DNA of 37,319 nucleotides. It comes from a virus. Its lineage: Duplodnaviria > Caudoviricetes. Made by a program: the position numbers and the translations under genes. The stretch covers positions 1 through 37,319 of the IMG/VR virus record IMGVR_UViG_3300046786_000638, one strand, 5' to 3'. Below, piece after piece: positions 25,226 to 34,166 of this stretch. Numbering within the stretch: position 1 is the stretch's first letter; each line of letters starts with the position of its first letter. Under the pieces are notes generated by a model that was given only the letters and a program-made list of their open reading frames with translations, was not told the DNA's origin and searched no databases.

Positions 25226-27427
25226 ATGGCAACTACTGACAACACAAAAACACCAACGTCAACTACAGTACCGTATACCGGGTACACTTCGTCGTCTCTT
25301 CCTGCAACTGTTACCACAACACCAGTAGTAACACCTGCGCCTGTAGTTCCAACAACGCCAACAACACCTACACCAGGCGCTACACCATCACCAGATGGCT
25401 ACTATGCACGTTCTACTCCTGGTGCTGACGCTGCAACTTCGTACCTTGGAACATTCAAGCCACCAGTATCAGAGGACGAGGCTTTCAATAAGTACAGAAA
25501 AGAAACTCAGGCGCTTATCGACACCATCAATCAGTCATACGACAGACAAGTGGCTCAAACTATTAAGGATAACGAGGCAAACGCTGTTGGAGCAGGAACA
25601 GAAGCGGCAATAGCAGGAGGAAACGCTGGCGCGAGCGCTGCTCGTATGCGTGGAGAAGCTGACCCAAAAATAGCATCAATCGAAACACAACGACGTGCTG
25701 ACATAGAAAAAGTGAACCAGGGTATTATTTCAAGCGCAGAACAGTACGCGAAGCAGTCAAAAATAGATGCTCGACAGTCTGCCGGTGACGTACTTGATGT
25801 TGGTGACAAGTTGAAGAACGATGCAACAAACTCTATAAAAACACTTGCGTCTGCTCACACTGACTGGGAAAACTACAAGCAAAGTAATCCACAGGCGTAC
25901 CAGGCGCTCGTCACTTCTCTTGGTGGAGACTCAAACATAGCAGATGCTATATATGCAAACTCTATTCCAAAACAAGACGTACTACAGCAGTACATCAATG
26001 GAAGCAAGGTGATACAAGTAACACAAGACCCTGTAACACGCAAAGTTTCAACACAAAGCTACGATATTGGAGTAGATCTACCAAAGAATTGGCAGCAGCA
26101 GAAAATCGGTACAAACTCTGTACTTTTCTACGATCCAAACACGTTCAACCCAAACGACCCGTCTACATTCAAGATGTTTGCAACCGACCCACTCACGGGT
26201 ATGCCTGTTGTCACAAGCGGAACACAAGCATCAACAAGCACTACACCAGGAGGTATGGACATTGTAACAGCAACAAGTACAGCAATGGGTATACCTGAAA
26301 CAGATCTCGGAGTCCCAACTTCACAAGCCGTAGATCAGTATGGTCTTGGTAACATTGTCGCTGGACTTATAGCACAAGAGGGTGGATCTCCAAAAGGAGT
26401 AGAAAACAACCCAGGGAACATAAAGTTCGTAGGGCTTCCTGGACAAGTAGATAGTGGCGTAAAAGCTACTGACGGAGGAACATTTGCTTCGTATGCAACA
26501 AAGGAAGACGGCATTCGTGCAGTTGGTGAGCTTGTTGTGAAAGCAGGAGACAAGCCACTACAGGACTTTATCGCTTCGTACAAAGGTGTCAGTCCTGACG
26601 CAATAAAACTTGAGTCTCCAAAGTCAGGTAGTATTCTTAGTGCGACTGGTATTTCTACACCAGTATTCAACTATCTCACAGGAGGAACAGCAACAATGTC
26701 ACGCATGTCTGCCGCGCAGAGAAACCAAATAATGAACCAAGCAACTGAGTTCCTTAATAAGAACGGTATCGACATTTCTACGTTCCAGTCTCAATATAAG
26801 GCGTACAACGACGTACTTTCTGCAAACATTCAGCGAGCAAACAAAACAAAGATCATGGAGAGTGAACTTATTGGTACGATAGACAACCTGAAAGGTGTTG
26901 TAAAAGACGCTGATCTTGGTAGTGTGAGTGCTGCAAACGTGGCAAAAGTCCTCTTAGGAGAACAGGTAAACGACCCACTCGCCACACAGTACGCTTTCCA
27001 CTTTCAGCAACTACAGAATGAGCTTGCCGGGTACTTTGCAGCGTCTCAAGGTAAAAACAGCCCTGACGTAATAGACAACAAAGACGCCGCTGACGCTATA
27101 GCGAAAGGTATGGCAACCGGTTCACTTGACGGGCTTAGGACTTCAATAGAAAACTCTACGTCAAAAATGGGTAGTGTTCTCCAAAAGAGTGTTGACAGTT
27201 CTCGTAAAGACGTCTGGGATCTATTCGGTGTAGGAGACAAGTACCAAACACAGTTTGACAAAGACAGTAGTCAGGTAAACAAAGTTCTTTCTTCAAAGGG
27301 AATAAACTACAACGACTTCGTATCAAAAGCACCAACGGGAAGCATACCAGTAATTAAAAAAGACACAGGTGAAGTCGGGTATATACCCGTAGAAGAGTAC
27401 GTTGCTTCAATATACACAAGAATCTAA
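25226..27427 (+). CDS. Internal virion/DNA ejection protein with putative muralytic domain
   Basis: Helical Ala/Gln-rich. IAQEGG...NNPGNIK...FASYATKEDG motif. Confidence 0.65.
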   Translation: MATTDNTKTPTSTTVPYTGYTSSSLPATVTTTPVVTPAPVVPTTPTTPTPGATPSPDGYYARSTPGADAATSYLGTFKPPVSEDEAFNKYRKETQALIDTINQSYDRQVAQTIKDNEANAVGAGTEAAIAGGNAGASAARMRGEADPKIASIETQRRADIEKVNQGIISSAEQYAKQSKIDARQSAGDVLDVGDKLKNDATNSIKTLASAHTDWENYKQSNPQAYQALVTSLGGDSNIADAIYANSIPKQDVLQQYINGSKVIQVTQDPVTRKVSTQSYDIGVDLPKNWQQQKIGTNSVLFYDPNTFNPNDPSTFKMFATDPLTGMPVVTSGTQASTSTTPGGMDIVTATSTAMGIPETDLGVPTSQAVDQYGLGNIVAGLIAQEGGSPKGVENNPGNIKFVGLPGQVDSGVKATDGGTFASYATKEDGIRAVGELVVKAGDKPLQDFIASYKGVSPDAIKLESPKSGSILSATGISTPVFNYLTGGTATMSRMSAAQRNQIMNQATEFLNKNGIDISTFQSQYKAYNDVLSANIQRANKTKIMESELIGTIDNLKGVVKDADLGSVSAANVAKVLLGEQVNDPLATQYAFHFQQLQNELAGYFAASQGKNSPDVIDNKDAADAIAKGMATGSLDGLRTSIENSTSKMGSVLQKSVDSSRKDVWDLFGVGDKYQTQFDKDSSQVNKVLSSKGINYNDFVSKAPTGSIPVIKKDTGEVGYIPVEEYVASIYTRI

Positions 27428-27429
27428 CC

Positions 27430-29100
27430 ATGCCATTTACTCCCTACTCACCAACGACATCGCCTCTAGGGGGAACACAGGCAACTCCTCCACAAACTCC
27501 TCCAAAAAGCGGTGGTTTTATGCCTGTCACAGCAGAGTCTCTCGCTAGTATGCAAACAGCTCCAAAAGCACCACTTGGACAACCAAAGGAAGACGTTGGT
27601 CTTTTCAAAGGAATAGCACAAGACGCAACAAAAACACTCATAACAAAGCCCGTCGTTAGAACAGCACAACTTGCCACAACAATAGCAGAGCCGTTTCTTT
27701 CTCCACAAAGTCAGGAGAAGGCACGTACCTTTTCTACGTCTGAGCAGTCAGTAGACTACCCAGGTATAGGGAAAGTAACAGTAGAAGCACCTGGTTCTAC
27801 TGGTTCAGAAGTAACCAAAGACGCAATTTCTTCTGCGCTTGGTGCAGCAAGCTACCTTGCGCCGTACGGAAAAATTGCAGGAGGAGTAGAAAAAGTGATA
27901 ACAGGAGCGCTCGGAAAGTATGTCGCACCAGCGGTTTCTAAAGTTTTGAGTAGGTCTGTAGCAACAGGACTAGGAGGTTACGCAACGGATGTAAAGTCAA
28001 ATATAGAGGAAGGGAAAACAGGGAAAGATGTACTTAAACCTGGTGTTGGTACGGCTGTCGGCGTTACTTTGCCACTAATAAAACCAGCAGTGAAAGGTAT
28101 TGGAACAGTTGCAAAAGAAACACTTGGACTTTCTACCGGTACCGGCGCTGGTGTAATAGGAAAAACGTGGGACGCAGTGATGTCAGGTGGAGAAAAACTA
28201 AAGTCTTTTAAAGAGGGACTTGGAACAGAAGCGGATGCTATTGTATCAGAAGCAAGGGACGCGCTCGGTACAGTAATAGACAATAGAAACATCGCATATG
28301 AGAAGCAACTACAGAGAGTCAAAGGAGTAAAGGGAACATATGACATCGCGCCCGTAAAAGACAAGTTCAGTGCAATGCTAGACAAGTTTGGTGTTTCTAC
28401 AAACTCAAAAACAGGAGAACTTGACTTTTCTCGTTCACCTGGTCTTGGAAGGTACGAAAAAGATCTCAAAAACATGATGAACATGATAAACGACTGGGGT
28501 ACTAAAAAGGGTGACAGAACTATTGTTGGTATCGACAAACTAAAGCAAACAATCGACGACTTCCGCATAGGTTCTACTGACTCTAAAAAGTTTGATGCTT
28601 TCGTTACTGCACTGCGTGACACTGCGAAGAAAATACCTGGTGACAACCCAGAGTACATGAAGCTACTGAAAGACTACGAAACATCTACTGGACAAATTAA
28701 AGAGATACAAAAAGCTCTTTCGTTGGGAGACAAAGCAAGCGTAGATACTGCTTTCAGAAAACTAACATCCTCGCTTCGTACAAACAACGAGTTCAGACTA
28801 CAGATGATCAAAGAGCTTGATGACGCTTCTGATGGTTTCCTCTCTTCAAAAATAGCAGGTCAGCAGATGGGCGAGATACTACCGAGAGGGCTTGCACGAC
28901 AAATCGAAGGAATCGGTGGACTTGCAGCAGGTGGAGCTGGTGCTGCAACGCTTGGGCTTGGTGTACTAAAGTTTATTCCTGCAGCGCTTTTTGCTTCCCC
29001 TAAAGCTGTTCAAATGATGATGCGAGCAATAGGAATACCGTCAAAACTAGTTGGCGAGCTTTTCAACGCGATAGAGGAAGAAGCTATCTACAGAAAGTAG
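27430..29100 (+). CDS. DNA ejection/transfer protein
   Basis: Gly/Ala-rich hydrophobic segments, last large gene of the virion module. Confidence 0.65.
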   Translation: MPFTPYSPTTSPLGGTQATPPQTPPKSGGFMPVTAESLASMQTAPKAPLGQPKEDVGLFKGIAQDATKTLITKPVVRTAQLATTIAEPFLSPQSQEKARTFSTSEQSVDYPGIGKVTVEAPGSTGSEVTKDAISSALGAASYLAPYGKIAGGVEKVITGALGKYVAPAVSKVLSRSVATGLGGYATDVKSNIEEGKTGKDVLKPGVGTAVGVTLPLIKPAVKGIGTVAKETLGLSTGTGAGVIGKTWDAVMSGGEKLKSFKEGLGTEADAIVSEARDALGTVIDNRNIAYEKQLQRVKGVKGTYDIAPVKDKFSAMLDKFGVSTNSKTGELDFSRSPGLGRYEKDLKNMMNMINDWGTKKGDRTIVGIDKLKQTIDDFRIGSTDSKKFDAFVTALRDTAKKIPGDNPEYMKLLKDYETSTGQIKEIQKALSLGDKASVDTAFRKLTSSLRTNNEFRLQMIKELDDASDGFLSSKIAGQQMGEILPRGLARQIEGIGGLAAGGAGAATLGLGVLKFIPAALFASPKAVQMMMRAIGIPSKLVGELFNAIEEEAIYRK

Positions 29101-29103
29101 ATA

Positions 29104-29175
29104 CTAGCAGGTGTCTTTGTTGGCTATATACAACCAAACAAACATATTTGCAAGAACCCAAAGCATTGCTGTCAT
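29104..29175 (-). CDS. Putative 23-aa membrane peptide
   Basis: MTAMLWVLANMFVWLYIANKDTC, with its own TTGCAA-N16-TAGTGT promoter (29184-29211). Confidence 0.4.
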   Translation of the reverse strand: MTAMLWVLANMFVWLYIANKDTC

Positions 29176-29219
29176 ATACCGTCACACTAACACATATTTA
29201 AAACTTTGCAACGTCTAGA

Positions 29220-29256
29220 TTACAAAACCTGTGGATAGCATACAATGGTACAAATG
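29220..29256 (+). promoter_or_regulatory. Leaderless promoter with DnaA-box-like spacer
   Basis: TTACAA-N15-TACAAT-N7-ATG. TGTGGATAG at 29230-29238. Confidence 0.55.
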
Positions 29257-30660
29257 GCACTCTTCGGTAATATAAAAATGAATAACCCGGAAGCAAATGG
29301 TATGAAGTACCTCTTTATCTCTTTTGGTGGGGAATCTTTACCTATCGCATACAAGCTCGTACAAGAGGGCAAAACAGTGGTATACGGCATGATAGACGAC
29401 AGCAAGGACACTCTCACTGAGAACGAACTAGACGGCTACAACCCCGAAAGACCGGAAGACAAGAAGTACCGACTTAGACTTTACGACGGTTTACTAGAAA
29501 AAAACACAGCGGATCAAGTGGTTGTGTGGGCAAAATCAGTCAAAAACCCATCAGAGTGGTTCGTTTTCTCTGACATCAACAACACATTCAAGTACATGGA
29601 CAAACTGCGTGCTATGGGCTTCGTAGGCCTTATGCCGACAGAAGAAGAACGAACAATGGAAGCAGATCGCAACAAGGCAAAGGAGTTCGTAAAAAAACAC
29701 TACAAAGACCTCGACGTTGCAGAAGTGCAGGAGTACAGCAAAGTGGAAGACGCTGTTGATTTTTTGGAGGAAACTGAGGACACGTGGGTACTTAAAGCGC
29801 TTGGCGAACGAGGAAAAACAATAGTGCCGCAGACTCATGACGTAGAGTTTGCAAAGACAGCACTCATTGATGTGCTCACTGAAAAGAAAAAAGACTACGA
29901 AAGTGAAGGGTTCATACTTGAAAAGCGTATACACCCTGTTAGAGAAGTGACACCGGAAGCTGTGTTTTGGGACGGAAAACTCGTATTTACTACCGTTGAC
30001 ATAGAAAATAAGCCGGCATTTGACGGAAACCTTGGGTGTCAAACTGGTTGCTCTCAGTGTATTGTGTTTGAAACAGACAAAAAAGCAAAGATAAACGACA
30101 TCGCTTTCCCGCCTGTCGTGTATGAGATGGCAAAAAAGCACAAAGGGATGTTCGTGTGGGACGCGTCTATCTACCTCGATGAGAAAGACAACATGTACTT
30201 CGGAGAGTTTTGTGCAAACCGTGTTGGTTGGGACAGTATTTTCGCTGAAATTGTAATGAGTGACTCCGTTAGTTCATTTTTCGAGGGAATAGTGAACCAA
30301 GAAAGTCCATTTATTCACAAGTACGGATCTACTGTGAGAGTGTTCAACATACTACCAAATGGAAAACTTATGGAAGACGGCCTGATACAGTGGAAAGACT
30401 GGGTTGAAGATTACGTTTTTGTGTACGACATGTACAAAAAAGGAGACACGTTTGTGACAACTGGTGCAACGTGGGACACCGCTATCATAACAGGGTGTGG
30501 AGACACCGCGGAAGAAGCGATAGACGAAGCATATGAAAACTGTGAGTTCTTCAACTTTGAAGCTGACATGCACAGAACAAAACGCGACTTTCTAGCAACA
30601 GACTACGAAAACGCAATCATGGACAGACACTCACATTTATTAAAGTCTAGCCTACTATAA
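29254..30660 (+). CDS. PurD (GARS)-like ATP-grasp ligase, divergent
   Basis: EADRNKAKEF, WVLKALG, FILEKRI, ENKPAFDGNLGCQTG and GEFCANRVGW parallel PurD motifs. Start codon uncertain. Confidence 0.75.
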   Translation: MALFGNIKMNNPEANGMKYLFISFGGESLPIAYKLVQEGKTVVYGMIDDSKDTLTENELDGYNPERPEDKKYRLRLYDGLLEKNTADQVVVWAKSVKNPSEWFVFSDINNTFKYMDKLRAMGFVGLMPTEEERTMEADRNKAKEFVKKHYKDLDVAEVQEYSKVEDAVDFLEETEDTWVLKALGERGKTIVPQTHDVEFAKTALIDVLTEKKKDYESEGFILEKRIHPVREVTPEAVFWDGKLVFTTVDIENKPAFDGNLGCQTGCSQCIVFETDKKAKINDIAFPPVVYEMAKKHKGMFVWDASIYLDEKDNMYFGEFCANRVGWDSIFAEIVMSDSVSSFFEGIVNQESPFIHKYGSTVRVFNILPNGKLMEDGLIQWKDWVEDYVFVYDMYKKGDTFVTTGATWDTAIITGCGDTAEEAIDEAYENCEFFNFEADMHRTKRDFLATDYENAIMDRHSHLLKSSLL

Positions 30661-30662
30661 CC

Positions 30663-31307
30663 ATGAACAACCCAAAGTATCTAGTGATCCACCATAGTGA
30701 CTCACTCACAAGCCCGTCAAACCGCCAGTTTGACACCATAAATCGACTACACGGAGCACCACCAAACAACTTCCCAAAAAGCTCTCTTGGGTATACGTGC
30801 GGGTACCACTACTTGATCGAGGTAAACGGTCAACTTATTCAAGCGCGAGCTGACACCGACATCGGAGCGCACACACTTATGCACAATTCGGACAGTCTTG
30901 GTATATGTGTTACAGGGAACTTTGACCAACAAATGCCTACCGACGCACAACTGAAAACTCTCAAAGAGCTTCTGATCCAAAAGAAAGCTCAGTATTCTAT
31001 TCCTACATCAAACATCGTGTGTCACCGATACTTCGCAACTACGAGCCTACAAAGTGGAAAGTTCGTACCAAATACAACCAAATGGAAGACGTGGGACAAC
31101 TGTATGCCGTACAAAAGCTGTCCTGGTTCTAACCTCGCTGACAACTTCGGAGCACTCCTCGTCGCTCCGCCACCACAAGTGGTGAGTGTGGAGGACGTGA
31201 ATACAACTATCAGTATTCTCGACAGGATTATACTTTTACTTAAAAACTATCTTGCTCAGCGTAAAGCTCTTGGTGCACCACTACACGAGAGAAACGAAGC
31301 ACAATAA
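30663..31307 (+). CDS. N-acetylmuramoyl-L-alanine amidase endolysin (Amidase_2 type)
   Basis: LVIHHS, GYHYLI, GAHT, SLGIC, HR, KSCPG. Confidence 0.92.
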   Translation: MNNPKYLVIHHSDSLTSPSNRQFDTINRLHGAPPNNFPKSSLGYTCGYHYLIEVNGQLIQARADTDIGAHTLMHNSDSLGICVTGNFDQQMPTDAQLKTLKELLIQKKAQYSIPTSNIVCHRYFATTSLQSGKFVPNTTKWKTWDNCMPYKSCPGSNLADNFGALLVAPPPQVVSVEDVNTTISILDRIILLLKNYLAQRKALGAPLHERNEAQ

Positions 31308-31311
31308 CATC

Positions 31312-31545
31312 ATGGATACAACAAAACTTAAACTACACATTGTATCGTTTGCACACACATTCCTTGCAGTTTTTATCCCTATTTTCATCGTCAACTTGAA
31401 CTCTTTTGACTTCACAACAATTTCAAAAGAAAGCCTCATAGCTTTTGGCGTTGCAACGATGCGCGCAACTGTAAAAGCACTATGGAACATGCTTGCTGAG
31501 AAGTACGCACCATCTCTTTCAAGCGCTCCAAAGAACAACTACTAG
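31312..31545 (+). CDS. Putative holin
   Basis: 77 aa with two hydrophobic helices, directly after the endolysin. Confidence 0.6.
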   Translation: MDTTKLKLHIVSFAHTFLAVFIPIFIVNLNSFDFTTISKESLIAFGVATMRATVKALWNMLAEKYAPSLSSAPKNNY

Positions 31546-31608
31546 GAAAGTGGATAACATGTGGATAGCTTGGTATCTTTTCACAGTACCACTTGCTACC
31601 ATAAGGTA

Positions 31609-32034
31609 ATGGACTACAAAAAACTTCTCATACTTGTTCTGTGCTACATACTTATGTACCGCACGGAAACGGCGCACGCTGTTACACAAGAACCTGTTAC
31701 AGTGAACGACATACAGATCAAAATATCTGCCTATGCTTTTATTTACGGCATAGATGTCGACGTTTTCTCCACCGTTTTGTCTTGCGAAAACCCATCCCAC
31801 GACCCAAAACTGCAAAGTGAGATGAAGTACACAAGAGATCACCCTGAGTGGGGAGTAAAAAAAGGAGACAGAGAACTTTCTTATGGACTGAGTCAAATAC
31901 ACCTACCGACAGACAAAAGTGTTACCTACGAAGAAGCAACTGACGTAGACTTCTCACTTCGTTATATGGCAAGCGAACTTTCAAAAGGGCACGGCTCTCG
32001 ATGGAGCTGTTACAACCTACATTACAAAGTGTGA
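31609..32034 (+). CDS. Exported lytic transglycosylase (SLT-like)
   Basis: Signal-like KKLLILVLCYILMY...AHA. LSCEN catalytic Glu, SYGLSQI, terminal WSC. Leaderless TACCAT-N6-ATG. Confidence 0.75.
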   Translation: MDYKKLLILVLCYILMYRTETAHAVTQEPVTVNDIQIKISAYAFIYGIDVDVFSTVLSCENPSHDPKLQSEMKYTRDHPEWGVKKGDRELSYGLSQIHLPTDKSVTYEEATDVDFSLRYMASELSKGHGSRWSCYNLHYKV

Positions 32035-32124
32035 TGTAGGAGTATATTTAAAACGTAACGCGGTCAGATAAGTTGTCCGTAAAGCCGGGCCACCGCGGCC
32101 AGTTCTTTGAACGGAGGATCTATG
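32022..32124 (+). promoter_or_regulatory. Promoter and leader of the GC-rich cassette
   Basis: TTACAA-N15-TATATT (32022-32048), GC hairpin 32084-32100, boxA-like GTTCTTTGAAC, GGAGG at 32113. Confidence 0.5.
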
Positions 32125-32244
32125 TACGTCTGTCACCGGTGTGCAAAAAGCATCCTTCCTTCTGAGCTTGTCTTCCAACAAGAGAACGGAGTGAGGATGT
32201 CGTACCACATCTACTGTCTTGGTCTGAAAAGGGCAAGTCAGTGA
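32122..32244 (+). CDS. 40-aa Zn-finger microprotein
   Basis: MYVCHRC...YHIYC, GGAGG SD, GTGA overlap with the next ORF. Confidence 0.6.
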   Translation: MYVCHRCAKSILPSELVFQQENGVRMSYHIYCLGLKRASQ

Positions 32245-32534
32245 AAAGGCTGATGAACCCAGTCATACCAGACTACCGCCCAAAAGCGGAGCGAAAGGTG
32301 GAGGAAGTAACACTTCCACCGCGAACCTGCCTCGTCTGCAACAAGACGACACAGGGCTATGGCGTTTGGCAACACGGCTACACATGCAGTCGGAAGTGCG
32401 AAACAGTCCAGGAATCGAAACCGAGAGACTTTGGAGAGCCAGATGAAAAACTTTCTCTACTATGTGGCAGCAGTGACACTGCTGTTCACGATGTCGCTCC
32501 CGTCGAAGGCGGGGACGAAGGACGAACTGCGTGA
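32241..32534 (+). CDS. Zn-finger protein (treble-clef-like)
   Basis: CLVC...YTCSRKC. Confidence 0.55.
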   Translation: MKRLMNPVIPDYRPKAERKVEEVTLPPRTCLVCNKTTQGYGVWQHGYTCSRKCETVQESKPRDFGEPDEKLSLLCGSSDTAVHDVAPVEGGDEGRTA

Positions 32535-32775
32535 ACTGCTCGACGGAAAGCAGATCGTCTACGACGGCGTGTGCTGGTTCGACGCCAAGAACGTGATCAC
32601 GTTCAAGCAGGAGAGCAAGAAGAGCGTCAAGCGCTGTGTCGTCGGCATGGAACTGCCCGACCAGTCCAAGCACTACATCCTGCTGATCAACAAGAACGGC
32701 GCAACCGAGTTGCTGGTGTACGACGAGAAGACCAAGCAACAGAAACTTCTCTGGTGGAACGGCCATGAGGCATGA
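32443..32775 (+). CDS. Small secreted protein, GC-rich codon usage
   Basis: GGAG SD, signal peptide MKNFLYYVAAVTLLFTMSLPSKA, two Cys. Confidence 0.75.
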   Translation: MKNFLYYVAAVTLLFTMSLPSKAGTKDELRELLDGKQIVYDGVCWFDAKNVITFKQESKKSVKRCVVGMELPDQSKHYILLINKNGATELLVYDEKTKQQKLLWWNGHEA

Positions 32776-32789
32776 CCGTCACGAGAAGG

Positions 32790-32818
32790 AAAAACTACAC
32801 GAACTTCGTGTAGTTTTT
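32790..32818. terminator. Bidirectional terminator between the convergent arms
   Basis: AAAAACTACACGAA-C-TTCGTGTAGTTTTT. Confidence 0.85.
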
Positions 32819-33269
32819 AATTTTTCAAGTACCACTCCATCATTTCGCTGTGTGAGCACCAGAGGTAGACGTCGCTTTTTTGACCCTCTGTTTTGTAGCA
32901 GTACTCGTATACGTGAGTTTTACTAACGACGGACTTGTTTCGATACGACTTGTAGAGTATACGAGCTTGACCAACACGGTTCCTGAGTATTCCGAGGTTG
33001 AACCTCTTTATGTCTTTTTTAAAGTTGGTGTTTTTTGACATCTTCCCAAGAAGCGGGTAGTGATCTATAACACCGTTTTCTACCAACCAAAACACACACT
33101 TCTCCTGTCCTAGTCTTGTTGGTACAAAGTACCCGTGACACTTTGGATGAGCACAGTCGCAAGGAATAGGATCTATAGCAAGTTTAAACTCAGGCTCCTG
33201 GTTTTCGTGAAAAACAACGTCGTTTCCTTTGTTGTTTATTATAGCAAGCGCTCGTCCTCTCTTTTTCAT
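32817..33269 (-). CDS. Hypothetical protein with its own leaderless promoter
   Basis: TACACT-N6-ATG on the minus strand. DnaA-box-like motif at 33309-33317. Confidence 0.65.
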   Translation of the reverse strand: MKKRGRALAIINNKGNDVVFHENQEPEFKLAIDPIPCDCAHPKCHGYFVPTRLGQEKCVFWLVENGVIDHYPLLGKMSKNTNFKKDIKRFNLGILRNRVGQARILYKSYRNKSVVSKTHVYEYCYKTEGQKSDVYLWCSHSEMMEWYLKN

Positions 33270-33369
33270 CTGTACAGTGTATATCTTAAACGTGTTTTTA
33301 AAACACCACTATCCACATGTGAGACACCGTTTACCCTCTAATGTCTTTTCTTGCATGGTGTGTGGGGGT

Positions 33370-33588
33370 CTATTTACAGCTGTTAAAAAACTCTGTGATT
33401 TCTTTTAATGGTTCTATATGTCCCATGTATATTCTTCTCCATTTATAATTACCTAACCAGGTTTTATATTGTTCTTCAACTTCTACAATGTTAGAACCAA
33501 AGTATTTGGTAACCCTATAGTAGTCTATTATCCACTTAAACTCATAACTTTTTTTCATATTTCTAGTCTTTGTAGTATTTTCATACAT
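33370..33588 (-). CDS. Hypothetical protein
   Basis: AT-rich ORF in the early arm, start uncertain. Confidence 0.55.
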   Translation of the reverse strand: MYENTTKTRNMKKSYEFKWIIDYYRVTKYFGSNIVEVEEQYKTWLGNYKWRRIYMGHIEPLKEITEFFNSCK

Positions 33589-33710
33589 CTACTTCTTAAG
33601 GGCTTCTAAGACTTTCACTGGGTCGTAAGGCCCCCAACTGTACTGTCCCATCCTTTCCACTACGTCAGTGAGTGCTTCTGCATACCCCTCTGTGTACCCT
33701 ATCTTGTACC

Positions 33711-34157
33711 TTATATCAGACAGTTGATATCAGACAGTTGACCTTTTCTGTATGCTTTCTCCTCTGCTTTACGAATCTCATCTTTGATAAAGTCTACCCA
33801 ATCAGAATACTGAATAAACGTATTACAGTACATTTCTGATACTTTCGTTTCCAACTCTTCTGGTTGTTCAACTGGTTTACAATTTTCACAAGAAAATCCT
33901 TTATGGGTATGGTTTCTAGTACATTCTGTTGTACACGTCGTTTCTGCACAATTACAATATTCTTGCTGTGGAAGAGACTTTGCGAAGTGATACGCACAGA
34001 GTTTTTCTCCAAAGCAACTTCTACACTCTTCTGGTTGTGTGGAAGGTCTACAGATAGGGTCTTGCCACTTGCATTTTGTACAAATGTACTCTGGTACTCG
34101 AAACTCTTGATTTCCACACTCTGGGCACTGTTGTGCTAGTTGTCTTTTTTCTGTCAT
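33711..34157 (-). CDS. Cys-rich hypothetical protein
   Basis: Multiple CxxC motifs. Confidence 0.6.
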   Translation of the reverse strand: MTEKRQLAQQCPECGNQEFRVPEYICTKCKWQDPICRPSTQPEECRSCFGEKLCAYHFAKSLPQQEYCNCAETTCTTECTRNHTHKGFSCENCKPVEQPEELETKVSEMYCNTFIQYSDWVDFIKDEIRKAEEKAYRKGQLSDINCLI

Positions 34158-34166
34158 ATTAGTTTG

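Noticed and set aside
24351-25232. 293-aa antisense ORF, and similar ones at 27978-28658, 6074-6721 and 29551-30141
   Set aside because: Shadows of plus-strand genes arising from codon bias, with no motifs or expression signals.
29254-30660. Assigning gene symbol purD as an auxiliary metabolic gene
   Set aside because: Substrate-binding signatures have diverged and there is no pathway context.
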